DNA of 64,000 nt, from NCBI RefSeq assembly GCF_006345805.1, contig NC_043004.1, forward strand, positions 94,798,001 to 94,862,000. The letters run 5' to 3'. Both the position numbers and the translations under genes were made by a program. The stretch comes from Octopus sinensis. Its lineage: Eukaryota. Below are positions 52,239 through 63,511 of the stretch, one piece after another. The notes under the pieces were generated by a model. The model searched no databases, was not told where the DNA came from, and saw only the letters and a list, made by a program, of their open reading frames with translations. Positions within the stretch are counted from its first letter, which is position 1. Each line of letters begins with the position of its first letter.

Positions 52239-53059
52239 ATAAGTACTTGTAAGAATGTATGTATATACTTATTAAGATTTTAGCAGGTATGTATGAACAA
52301 GGATATGTGGTAAAATGCACACGCATGTCCATATACAAAAATATACACAGCTGACCGTACACATACAAAGCATGATCTAAAACTGCATAACTATTTCATA
52401 TATTCATAATATATATACACGTATATGCTTCCATTAGAGTTTAGTTCTAAATGAAAGTGAATTTTCTGAAGATGCCACCTGTATATGTAGAACAAACTTC
52501 CGGTTTCTTGCCTCTAAATACGAATCAAAACATTTTGTGGGTTATGGTAACCAAAATATATAAACAGTTACAAAAATAAAGAAAAAGAAATTAAATTAAT
52601 ATCCTCATTGTCATTATCAACAGCTTCCCCATTTCTATAAAGGCCATTATCATTTTCATCCTGAATAATAACGAAAAGCCTGAAACCAATAGTAACAAAG
52701 CACAGTTCACACTGCACAAATTTCTTCACAACTCACACAATATGTATATATTTTCTACATCATCACCACCCAATGAAATACTGTGACATATACGTATATA
52801 TATATATATATATATTCAATGCCTGACATATATAGTCTATATAATCACCACCCAATAAAATATTGCTCCACATACTTACATATTCAGCAGCTGATACGAG
52901 AGAACTTCCCACTCACAACTCGTATTCTTCACGATTGCCATGAAAGGATACAACACATAAACACAACACAACCTCTACGTAATTACCACCCAATACTACT
53001 ATACAGCTCCCACAACAAATAGCAAATACTCTACATAATCACCACCTGACTCTACATTG

Positions 53060-53590
53060 CCTAAACCAAATTACGCACACACAGACTCAACACAACACAC
53101 ACACACTCACTCACACATACACATACACACGCACACGCACACACACACACACACTCTCTCTCTATCATATACACACACAAACTCTACACAATGCACAGAC
53201 TCACACACACTCTACACAACTCACACACACAGGCTCTACACAACACATACTCTACAAAATATAAATGTTCACACACACACAGATTCTACACAACACACAG
53301 ACTCACACACACACACTCACAAACTTTACACAATACACAGACTCACACACACACGCACACACACACACACACACTCTCTACACAACTCACACACACATGC
53401 TCTACACAACACATGCTCTACACAACACATGCTCTACACAACACATACTCTACAAAATACGCATGCTCACAAACACAGACTTTACACAACATTCGGACTC
53501 TCTCACAAACACACATACACACACACACAAACTCTACACAGTACACACACACACGCACACAGGCTCCACACTGCACATACTCTACACGAA
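53060..53590. repeat. CA-rich minisatellite with recurring ctctacacaacaca units
   Basis: Directly visible; source of the Thr/His-rich ORFs. Confidence 0.85.
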
Positions 53591-53723
53591 TAGTTACCAC
53601 CAAGTACTATGAGATTCCTCACATGGTACATAGCTTATACACTCTCCACCTAACCCTGCAACACATAGAACACACAGGAACACATACTCTACACAATTGC
53701 TGCCTAATATTATAGTGCAAACT

Positions 53724-54715
53724 AAGGCAGTGAGCTGGCAGAAACGTTAGCCCGTCGGGTGAAATGCTTAGCGGTATTTCGTCTGCAGCTCCGTTCTGAG
53801 TTCTAATTTCGCCGAGGTCGACTTGGCCTTTCATCCTTTTGGGGTCATTTAAATAAGTACCAGTTACGCACTGGGGTCGATATAATCGACTTAATCTGTT
53901 TGTCAGTCCTTGTTTGTTCTCTCTGTGTTTAGCCCCTTGTGGGTAGTAAAGAAATAGGTATTTTGTCTGTCTTTACGTTCTGAGTTCAAATTCCGCCAAG
54001 GTCGACTTTGCCTTTCATCCTTTCGGGGTCAATAAATTAAGTACCAGTTATGCACTGGGATCGTTGTAATCGACTTAATCCATTTGTCTGTCCTTGTTTT
54101 CCTCGTCTGCGTTTAGCCCCTTGTGAGCAATAAAGAAACAAGAAACATTAGCACACTGGGCGAAATGCTTACCAGTACTTTATGTCTTTACGTTCTGAGT
54201 TCAAATCCCACTGTGGTTGACTTTGTTTTTCATCCTTTCAGGGTTGATAAATTAGGTACCAGTTACACACTAGGGTCGATGTAATCGACTTAATCCCTTT
54301 GTTTGGCCTTGTTTGTCTCCTCTATGTTTAGCCTTTTGGGAGCAATAAAAAAATAAAAAATGTTAGCACGCTGGGCAAAATGCTTAACGTCTTTACATTC
54401 TGAGTTCAAATTCCACCGAGGTCGATAAATTAAGTACCAGTTGCATATTGGGGTCGATCTAATCGACTGGTCCCATCCCCCAAAATTTCAGGCCTTGTAC
54501 CTAGAGTAGAAACAGAATCATTATCATGCCAGGCAAAATGTCTAGTGGCATTTCATACATCTTTACATTCTGAGTTCCAATTTTGTCAAAATCATCTTTG
54601 TCTTTCATTCTTTTTGGATCAATAAAAAAAAAGTACCAGTTGAGAACTGAACTTGATGTAATCAACTTTCCCATAACCATGAAACTGCTGGCCTTGTGCC
54701 AAAATTTGAAATTGA
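53724..54715 (+). mobile_element. Head-to-tail array of five SINE B units (three tail 1, two tail 2)
   Basis: Same junctions as the 32-kb array. Confidence 0.9.
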
Positions 54716-55296
54716 TATTGCAGCTCAACCCACACAGTACACATTTTATACAATCACCATCTGAATCTACTACACATAGACACAACTCACAAAATACATA
54801 CACATAATTGCCACTTGATACGACAACACAACCCATGTAATACCACATACTTCAGACTTTCACCCCCTTGACCCTACAGCCTATATACACAGAATACACC
54901 CTATGCAACTACTACACAAAAAAAATCACACGTTACTCATTGAAATAAATTACACAAGAAAACAGATAAAACTCTAATGTAACACCAGGAAAAAATGACA
55001 GAGCAAAATTCATGCATTGTGTAAATGCATTTCGTTTTCCCACAAAGATAATGCTGCATATGTTTCACAAATATCAAGGTACACCTGGTGATGCAGTAGA
55101 AAATCATATGAAAAAATTATTGGAAAATGATGGAGTGGCTGTGTGGTATGTAGCTTGGTTACCAACTACATGGTTCCAGGTTCGGTCCCACTGTGTAGCA
55201 CCTTGGGCAAGTGTCTTCTACTAGAGCCTCAGGCCGACCAAAGCCTTGTGAGAGTATTTAGCAGACAGAAACTGAAAGAAGCCCGTCATATATATG

Positions 55297-55336
<40 letters not shown>

Positions 55337-55339
<3 letters not shown>

Positions 55340-55618
55340 TAGATGAGTGTATTTTTGTCTTGTTAACAATTAACACAGAAAATATTAAAAAATAGTTACC
55401 AGGGTAGCAAAAAATCACACAAGAGGTTGTAACTCCTCGTTTATAAAGGTAGAAACTTCATGTTTACATGGAATATTTTGTATAATATATAAATAAATAA
55501 ATGGAGTTTAATGCAGGTATAAATCAAATACTTTTACTTTCAACACATGTTTCGAAAATTCCACTGATATTATTCAAAAGAATAAATGGTATAAAACAAT
55601 GCAATCTTCTCTTCAGGA
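55337..55618 (-). mobile_element. Penelope-like insertion with weak hammerhead-like motif (55543-55618)
   Basis: CTGAAGA-GAAGATT...AATTTTC-GAAA-CATGTG; G at the cleavage position and poor stem I. Confidence 0.35.
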
Positions 55619-55630
55619 TATATATATATA

Positions 55631-55784
55631 CCAGAGTAAGCACATAAATGTGAAACAAGGTTGAAAAAAGAGTACTCAAATACCAGTGGTAGAGTTTCAC
55701 GTTCCCGTTCAACGGACCCGACGAACGGGAATGTGAAACTTACAGTAACAGGTTTTGTTGAATTTTCTGCTGCTTTAAATAAAG
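55631..55784. mobile_element. Penelope-like element (same family as 61917-62152) with inverted hammerhead junction
   Basis: Shares gagtaagcacata...ccagtggtagag with 61917; arms 55693-55715 and 55718-55740 are inverted. Confidence 0.7.
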
Positions 55785-56199
55785 TATATATATATATATA
55801 TACATATATATACACACACGTGTGTATATGTTTGTTCCCCCCAACATCACTTGACAATCGATGCTGGTGTGTTTATGTCCCCGTAACTTAGTGGTTCGGC
55901 AAAAGAGACCAATAGAATAAGTACTAAGCTTACAAAGAATAAATCCTGGGGTCGATTTGCTCAACTAAAGGCGGTGCTCCAGCATGGCCACAGTCAAATG
56001 ACTGAAACAAGTAAAAGAGTAAGAGAGAGAGAGTCATCATCATCCTTTCACGCCCATTTTTCCATGCTAGCATGAGTAGGAGGGTTTGACAAGAGTTGGT
56101 GAACCAGAGGGCTGTGCAAGGCTCTATTGTCTACTTTGGTAAGGTTTCTACAGTTGGATGCTAAAAAAACGTTCCTTCTTGAGTCATACTGGCTCATAA

Positions 56200-56405
56200 G
56201 GGCCAGTTTCCATGGTGTATATATTGCCCACCCAGATGGGACACCAGTCCATCATAGCTTTATTTATTTTCACTTACTGAGTGGACTGGAGCAACATGGA
56301 ATGATGTGTTTTGCTCAAGAACACAACATGTTGCCTGGTCCAGGAATTGAAACCACGATCTTACAACCATGAGTCTAACACCCTAACCATTAGTCATGTA
56401 CCTCC
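56200..56405 (-). mobile_element. SINE family E
   Basis: Reverse complement of gtgttcttgagcaaaacac and gctccagtccactcag. Confidence 0.7.
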
Positions 56406-56674
56406 ACAACTGAAAGCCTTTTCTAATGTCATGATGATAATAATAATTGCTTCAAATGTTGATACAGCCAGAAGTATGGGGAAAGGAGTAAGCCAATTAA
56501 ATTGAACCCAGTAGCTAACTGGTACTTTATCTTATCAACACCTGAAAAGGTGGAATGGCAGCATTTGAACTCAGAATGTAAAAGTAAGAAGAAAATTCCA
56601 AAACATTTTTCTGAAGCTCTACCAATTCTGTTAGTCCAATGTCCAACAATAATAATATTTCTATATTATTATGT

Positions 56675-57000
56675 GTGGAGGCGCAATGGCCCAGTGGTTA
56701 GGGTAGCGGACTCGCGGTCGTAGGATCGCGGTTTTGATTCCCAGACCAGGTGTTGTGTGTGTTTATTGAGCGAAAACACCTAAAAGCTCCACGAGGCTCC
56801 GGCAGGGGGTAGTGATCCCTGCTGTACTCTTTCACCACTCTTTCTTCTGTTGGCCTGCTCTCTCACTCTTTCTTCTGTTGGCCTGCTCGCTTAACCAGCG
56901 AGGTGGCATCATTCGAAGGCTAAAACAATGTGGACGCATTGTGACCAGCGATGTGTAGCAACCGCTGATGGTCTGGTCGGTCACGTGATCACGTGATATT
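56675..57000 (+). mobile_element. SINE family D
   Basis: Well-preserved tRNA-like head tggcccagtggttagggtagcggactcgcggtcgtaggatcgcggttttgattccc. Confidence 0.85.
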
Positions 57001-57243
57001 ATTATGTGATCATAATGTGTTTATAACAACAGAGATTATGTATTTAGTTGTTTCCTGTGCTTTTACAATGGAACAGCACTCTGTTTCTTCTGATGTTTGA
57101 GCAGTATATTTCTTTTGTTTCATTTGAAGGATAGTTGTGAAACAATTGAATAAAATCAAAATACCATGTTATTAGGTTTACTTTGATGCTTCTTGTTGTG
57201 TAGTTTTTGTTATTGCTCTTATTAGTTGAGAAAACTTTACATA

Positions 57244-57517
57244 GGCACAGTAGTGGCTGTGTGGTAAGTAGCTTGCTTAACAACCACATGGTGGTGGGTT
57301 TAGTACCACTATGTGGCACATTGGGCAAGTGTCTTCTACTATAGCCTCAGGCTGACCAAAGTCTTGTGAGTGGATTTGGTAGACAGAAACTTAAAGAAGC
57401 CCAATATATATATATATAGGACTAAGTTACAAGGATGTAAACACACCAACATTGGTTGCCAAGTGATGGTGGTGGGGACAAACAGACACACAAACCTATA
57501 CATACATACATACATAC

Positions 57518-57552
<35 letters not shown>

Positions 57553-57783
57553 TGTATGTATGTATGTATGTATGTATGTATAGGTTTGTGTGTCTGCTTG
57601 TCCTCACCACCATTACTTGGCAACCAATGTTGGTGTGTTTACATCCTTGTGACTTAGTCCTTTGGCAAAAGAGACCAATAGCATAAGTACTAGGCTTACA
57701 AAGAATAAGTCCTGGGGGTCGATTTGATCAACTAAAGGCAGTACTCCGGCATGGCCACAATCACATAACTGAAACAAATAAAA
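57244..57783 (+). mobile_element. SINE family A with internal inverted duplication (57419-57660)
   Basis: 57419-57520 is the reverse complement of the normal downstream segment. Confidence 0.85.
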
Positions 57784-58079
57784 CACTCCCGCCATCAAAT
57801 CGACATACAGGTATATGGGGCATGGTGAGCCACACAGCAGATGTCAAAATGGCCACAGAGTACTGTCAAATGAAATGTTTTGCTCAAGAATAGAATGCAC
57901 AACCCACTCCAGGTACTGAAACCTTGATTCCATGATTATGAGTGCAATGCTGTAACTACTAGACCATGTGCCCTCAGTATTGGGTATATAGTTATAAATT
58001 AGTTGCCAAGTTACTGATATGCAGCCCTTTCTCCTTCAAGGTGTCACATCTAGATCTCCCCTCCTATAAGAGTCTCAAC

Positions 58080-58460
58080 TGAGAAGGGCATCAAACTAAG
58101 ATTTACCATCTTTACAAGCTCTTAACCACATATCTAGGAGAGGTCGTTAGAGACATTGACTGGGAAGACGACATGAACATCAGCAGCAAGCTATTAACAC
58201 AACTCTGCTTCACAGATGACACTGTACTCATCCGTGAAACCATAGATCAGTTGCAGATCATGCTCACAGATATAGACATCCATAGCTTAGCAATAGGCCT
58301 TAAAAGGAACTGCATGGAAAAATGAAATAGATGTGGTCTGCAGAGGTAGCACAAGGCTGAACAGAAGTGGGAAGTAGTGAAATTGAAGAGGTTAAAGAAC
58401 GTGTCTTCTTAAGGCAAACAGTAAACATTGCTAGAGAAATATTACCTTAAATGGAAACTG
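58080..58460 (+). pseudogene. Degraded RTE-clade RT fragment
   Basis: DIDWEDDMNISSKLLTQLCFTDDTVLIRETIDQLQIML...IGLK (LRFADD-like motif). Confidence 0.7.
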
Positions 58461-58570
58461 GTCATGATTGAGAAGAAATGCATCCGGCCATAGAAAATCT
58501 GCCCCAATGTTTTCTGTCCAACTGATGCAAGCATTGGGAAATGGATATTAAAAGGATTAAGATGTTGGTG

Positions 58571-58605
<35 letters not shown>

Positions 58606-58850
58606 TAGGGGGGAGAATTCACGAAAAAACAAAAGACGAAGACAGGTGGTGTAGAAAACAAAGAGATGTATTAGTATAACGCTAAGGAATTGAAAAAGTA
58701 TTTTACATTTCAAGCCTACGCTCTTCCACAGAAAGGAACACAGAAAGAAACAAGGATTGAAAAAAAAATGTGTGTAGTGGCTACCGATCTATCATGGCGA
58801 CTGCTGGACAGAAGGGTCACACAGGAGAGCAAACAAGTAGGGGAGATCGA
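58606..58850 (-). mobile_element. Penelope-like terminal repeat next to (TA)n with hammerhead motif (58700-58735)
   Basis: Minus strand ttt-CTGTGGA-A-GAGCgtagGCTT-GAAA-TGTA-aaa. Confidence 0.55.
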
Positions 58851-59008
58851 CAAAAGGAAAGAATAGAAGGTACAGGAAAGTTTAAAAAGTATTAAAATAA
58901 TAGTAATAATAATAATAATAATAATAATAGTTTTACGTAAAGTTCAAAGGTCTCAGACGTCGTGGTGTATTGCAAGGACTTTTCATCAAGAGTAGAGTCC
59001 ATAGTAAT

Positions 59009-59076
<68 letters not shown>

Positions 59077-59625
59077 GATATATATATATATATAAACCAG
59101 TTTAGAGAAAGAAAGAACGAAACAAAGCGAAACGAATCAAATCGAATCAACGCGAGGGCGCTCAGTCATACAATAGTGTAATAAATAAAATATATGCATA
59201 CATACAAACATATGTACGTACCTACATCTACATGTATATATACATGCATATATAAATATATTACGTGTGTACAGGACACCACAAATAGACGTAGAACTCA
59301 ACGAGAAACGAAAAAAGTAAAAACAGCATGGAACGGACCATTTTCTAACAACGAAAAACAGAGTACAAGACAACTACACAAGGAAAAATTCCCTTCATCA
59401 GCCGTCCTAGTTCAACTCCAGCGTGTTTCGAGGTTGAGGACAGAACATGCCTCGTCGAACAGTCCTTCCTGCGAAAGAATAAATAAAATTCCTTGCAGAG
59501 GGGTAAAAACAAGGAAAAAAATGTGACAAAAACAGGACGTAAAAACAATACAATTAAAAACAAATAGAAAATAAAAATACAATTACAAAAAATACAGTAC
59601 AAGAAGGAATAAATATATATATATA

Positions 59626-60250
59626 TCAGGCCATTAAGAATGAACTGTTCGATTTTAAACTGAAATTTTATTTTACTCTACCTCAACAAAAAACAATGCA
59701 GTTAGTCAAAATATGCACCTAAATTATCAACACAATCTTGCCATTTTATCAGTAGCTTATTTATGCTGACAATGAAGATCTCTGGGAAGCAAGAAGTGAT
59801 GAAATCATGAAAGGCTGATTTGGCATCTTCATCAGATTTGAAGTCACCAGCTCATCATTATCCACCATAAACACAGGTCTATCACAGAGCTGATTTTCAA
59901 GAGTAAAGTCTCCAAATCAGAATTTTCTCAAACCATCGATGTACAGTGCACTCATTCACCACATCTTCACCAAACACCTCATTGATGTTTCAAGCTGTCA
60001 GGAATGCATTGGTTCCATGATGGAACTCATATTCATAAACAGGAAAAATATAATTCTATCCATGGGTTCACAAAAATTGATTTACAAGACAAAACTCACA
60101 ATATAATCAGACACTATGAATTACATTTCGAAAAGTGATGATGTTACACTTCAATGTTGCAAAACAAAGAATTGCCAGGATAAAACATTAGAGCTAACAA
60201 CTGCCAAACTTGGTGATAAGAAAATCGGTCATTTCATTCTAATGACCTAC
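59626..60250 (-). mobile_element. Internally deleted mariner with ~30-bp imperfect TIRs in TA context
   Basis: INEVFGEDVVNECTVHRWFEK (HTH) fused to FKSDEDAKSAF...KWQDCVDNLGAYFD*; TIRs tcaggccattaagaatgaactgttcgatttt and aaaatcggtcatttcattctaatgaccta. Confidence 0.8.
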
Positions 60251-60252
60251 TG

Positions 60253-60285
<33 letters not shown>

Positions 60286-60691
60286 GGCGCAGGAGTGGCT
60301 GTGTGGTAAGTAGCTGTTTGTTACAACCACATGGTTCCGGGTTCAGTCCCACTGCATGGCACCTTGGGCAAGTGTCTTACTATAGCCTCGGCCCCGACCA
60401 AAGCCTTGTGAGTGATTTGCTGGACGGAAACTGAAAGAAGCCTGTCGTATATATGTTATATATATATATATTGCGTGTGTGTGTTTGTGTGTCGTGTTTG
60501 TCCCCTAGCATTGCTTGACAACCGATGCTGGTGTGTTTATGTCCCTGTCACTTAGCGGTTCGGCAAAACAGACCGATAGGATAAGTACTGGGCTTACAAA
60601 GAATAAGTCTCGGGGTCGAGTTGCTCGACTAAAGGCGGTGCTCCAGCATGGCCACAGTCAAATGACTGAAACAAGTAAAAGAGTAAAAGAG
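60286..60691 (+). mobile_element. SINE family A, full length
   Basis: Matches 11161-11572. Confidence 0.9.
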
Positions 60692-60947
60692 TATATATAT
60701 ATACATATATATTTCTTATAAGGAAATGAACCTTATGATTCTAATCCAGAAACGTACGTCCATAATTAATCCGAAGACTGTGTGATTTCGGTGTTTTTCT
60801 TTTTTTTCTGCCATTTGTGAGTTACAAACATTGTTGTCTGTGGAGACTTATTTTTGTAGTAAAAGGAAATAGTAGCCCTTTGGCTGCTACTTCTAATATT
60901 TTCAGTATGTGGTTTAAGCAACTTGTTGCAAAAAACCCTTATTATTA

Positions 60948-60984
<37 letters not shown>

Positions 60985-61403
60985 ATCTTAATTAATTTCC
61001 ATTCCCCTTTGATATGTTTAAGTATTACAAGTCTTTGGATAATTTTCAGTTTTTAAAAGTTGTCATTTTTCAACTGCTGGTGAAGGGCTGCGTCTGTGCA
61101 GTAGATTTTGAAAAAATTAGGATGTATAAACAAGAGGCACATAGTTTGATCGTCTCGTATTTATATATTTAACCCAAGGTGTACCTCTTGAAGATGATTT
61201 CACCTCGTGAGTAAATGTTATTTACTTGCTAAACTAAAATCAGAGACCAATTGATCCAGGAAACTTGATGATAAAATGGTTTTATTTTTTCATTTCGTTC
61301 CTGTCGAATTTTATCCATTATTTTTGTGGTTATAGAACCTAGCTGTTCTCTCTAGCATGTTGAATCCCACGAGTGGATTCCTTATGTGTTTAAATGTACA
61401 CTG

Positions 61404-61442
<39 letters not shown>

Positions 61443-61445
<3 letters not shown>

Positions 61446-61777
61446 CTTGGCGCTCTAACCACTGAGCCATGCACACCTTCACTGAGGTTGTGAGTTCAAA
61501 TCCCCTACCAGGCTGTGTATTGTGTTCTTGAGCAAGATACTTTATTTCATGTTGCTCCAGTTCCCTCAGCTGTAGAAATGAGTTGCGATGACACATGTGC
61601 TAAGCTGTATCAGCCTTTGCCTTTCCCTTGGATAACACTGGTGACATGGAGGGGTGGGGCTGGTATGCACGGGTGACTGCTGGTCTTCCATAAAAACAAC
61701 CTTGCCTGGACTTGTGCCTGGGAGGGTAACTTTCTAGGTGCAATCCCACAGTCAGTCATGACCGAAATGGGTCTCAG

Positions 61778-61785
<8 letters not shown>
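61443..61785 (+). mobile_element. SINE family E variant with inverted 5' head
   Basis: 61443-61477 reads ggtgtgcatggctcagtggttagagcg on minus; the B box and body follow on plus. Confidence 0.65.
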
Positions 61786-61819
<34 letters not shown>

Positions 61820-61821
61820 AA

Positions 61822-61898
61822 TCGGGCTTGCCAGACCCCAGTTGAACTGTCCAACCCATGCTAGCATGGAAAGCGGACGTTAAACGATGATGATGATG
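61822..61898 (+). mobile_element. Family C 3' fragment
   Basis: ccagaccccagttgaactgtccaacccatgctagcatggaaagcggacgttaaacgatgatg. Confidence 0.85.
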
Positions 61899-61916
61899 AT
61901 ATATATATATATATAT

Positions 61917-62152
61917 ACTGGAGTAAGCACATAGATGTGAAACAAGGTGGAAAAAAGAGTACTCAAAACCAGTGGTAGAGTAATATGCTTTATTTAAAGC
62001 AGCAGAAAATTCAACAAAACCTGTTACTCTGAGTTTCCAGTTGCCGTTCATCGGACAGTTTTTGCTAGAATTCTAGCAAAAAACGTCCGATGAACGGCAA
62101 CAGGAAATCAGAGAACAGGTTTTGTTGAATTTTCTGCTGCTTTAAATAATTG
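61917..62152 (-). mobile_element. Penelope-like element in (TA)n with a 160-bp palindrome
   Basis: Arms 61990-62070 and 62071-62149 with loopless centre GAATTC. Confidence 0.8.
62021..62058 (-). ncRNA. Candidate minimal type I hammerhead ribozyme
   Basis: CTGT-CCGATGA-ACGGCAACTG-GAAA-CTCAGAG-TA-ACAG: 4-bp stem I, short stem II, near-palindromic stem III, GUA triplet; the core has C in place of U4. Confidence 0.55.
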
Positions 62153-62634
62153 AATATATATATATATATATATATAATATATATGTATATATATATATAT
62201 ATAGATATATATAAAGAAAGAGAGAGAGAGAGAGAGAGATACATATATACATAATAATACATACATACATACACACATAACATACATACATACATACATA
62301 CATACATAATACATACATATATACATAATCATATATATATGCTACACATACTCACACAAAATATTTTTATGTATGCTATCAACAATTTTTTTGACAAAAT
62401 AGCCATTACTGTTACAAACAGCTACAATAATTCAAATAGTTATTTAACTGTAAATGATTATTACTATTAATATAATATTGGTAGCTAAATTAATTATGTT
62501 AGTGATATATGCTGACAACTTCACTTAAGTAAAATAATAATTTTTTTTTTTTTTACCACAACAAAAAGACAAAAATATATTATTCTAATCCTGAACCATA
62601 TAACGTTTATTATTGTGTAATTAATATAATGAAG

Positions 62635-62672
<38 letters not shown>

Positions 62673-63084
62673 CACTGTGAAAATTTTAAACAACAATAAG
62701 CATACATATAAAACTAATAATGGTTGATCTCAAGGGGAATTTTACTGATGGTGAAATTTATTCCAGGAAGCAATAAAAGATAATGAGGTTTAATTCACTG
62801 AATTAATATTTTAGAGGTGTCTGAATTAACGTTAACTCTAGTTTATCTATGACTGGACAATTTTGTTTCTACTTTCTTTCCAACATCTGTAATAATGCCG
62901 CAGAGTTAATCATTTAAAGTCAATGGTGTGAAACAGAATTTGCTTACGTCCAAAGTGTTTATGTTGTAATCTATCAGAGCACAACAGAGACTCAACCCCC
63001 ATTGCAAAAACTTTTGCCGAAACAAACATACGTATACATATATTTATATACATATATTAAGTGTGTGAATATTTCGCAGGAAGT

Positions 63085-63117
63085 TTTATAACGCTGTCAT
63101 TATCATCATCATCATCA

Positions 63118-63154
<37 letters not shown>

Positions 63155-63464
63155 CCATCACCACCATCACCCCATCATCATCATCACTATTATCATTGTC
63201 GCCATCATCATCACCATCATCACCACCACCACCACCATCATCATCACTATTATCATTGTCACCATCATCATCATCATCATCATCATCTTCACCATCATCA
63301 TCATCAGCAGCAGCAGCAGCAGTACCATCATCATCATCATCATCATCATCACCATCATCACCACCACCACCACCATCATCATCACCATTATCATTGTCAG
63401 CCATCATCATCATCATCATCATCTTTACCATCATCATCAGCAGCAGCAACAGCAGTACCATCAC

Positions 63465-63511
<47 letters not shown>

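Larger units (their letters stand above)
55132..56030 (+). mobile_element. SINE family A split at its internal (TA)n by two insertions
   Basis: 5' half 55132-55290, 3' half about 55812-56030. Confidence 0.85.

Noticed and set aside
52497-52505. ETS-like ACCGGAAGT motif
   Set aside because: Isolated motif without promoter context.
53057-53715. Thr/His-rich ORFs of 115-178 aa
   Set aside because: CA-rich minisatellite.
56675-56750. tRNA-like sequence as a functional tRNA gene
   Set aside because: No closed acceptor stem; it continues into a SINE body present three times in the window.
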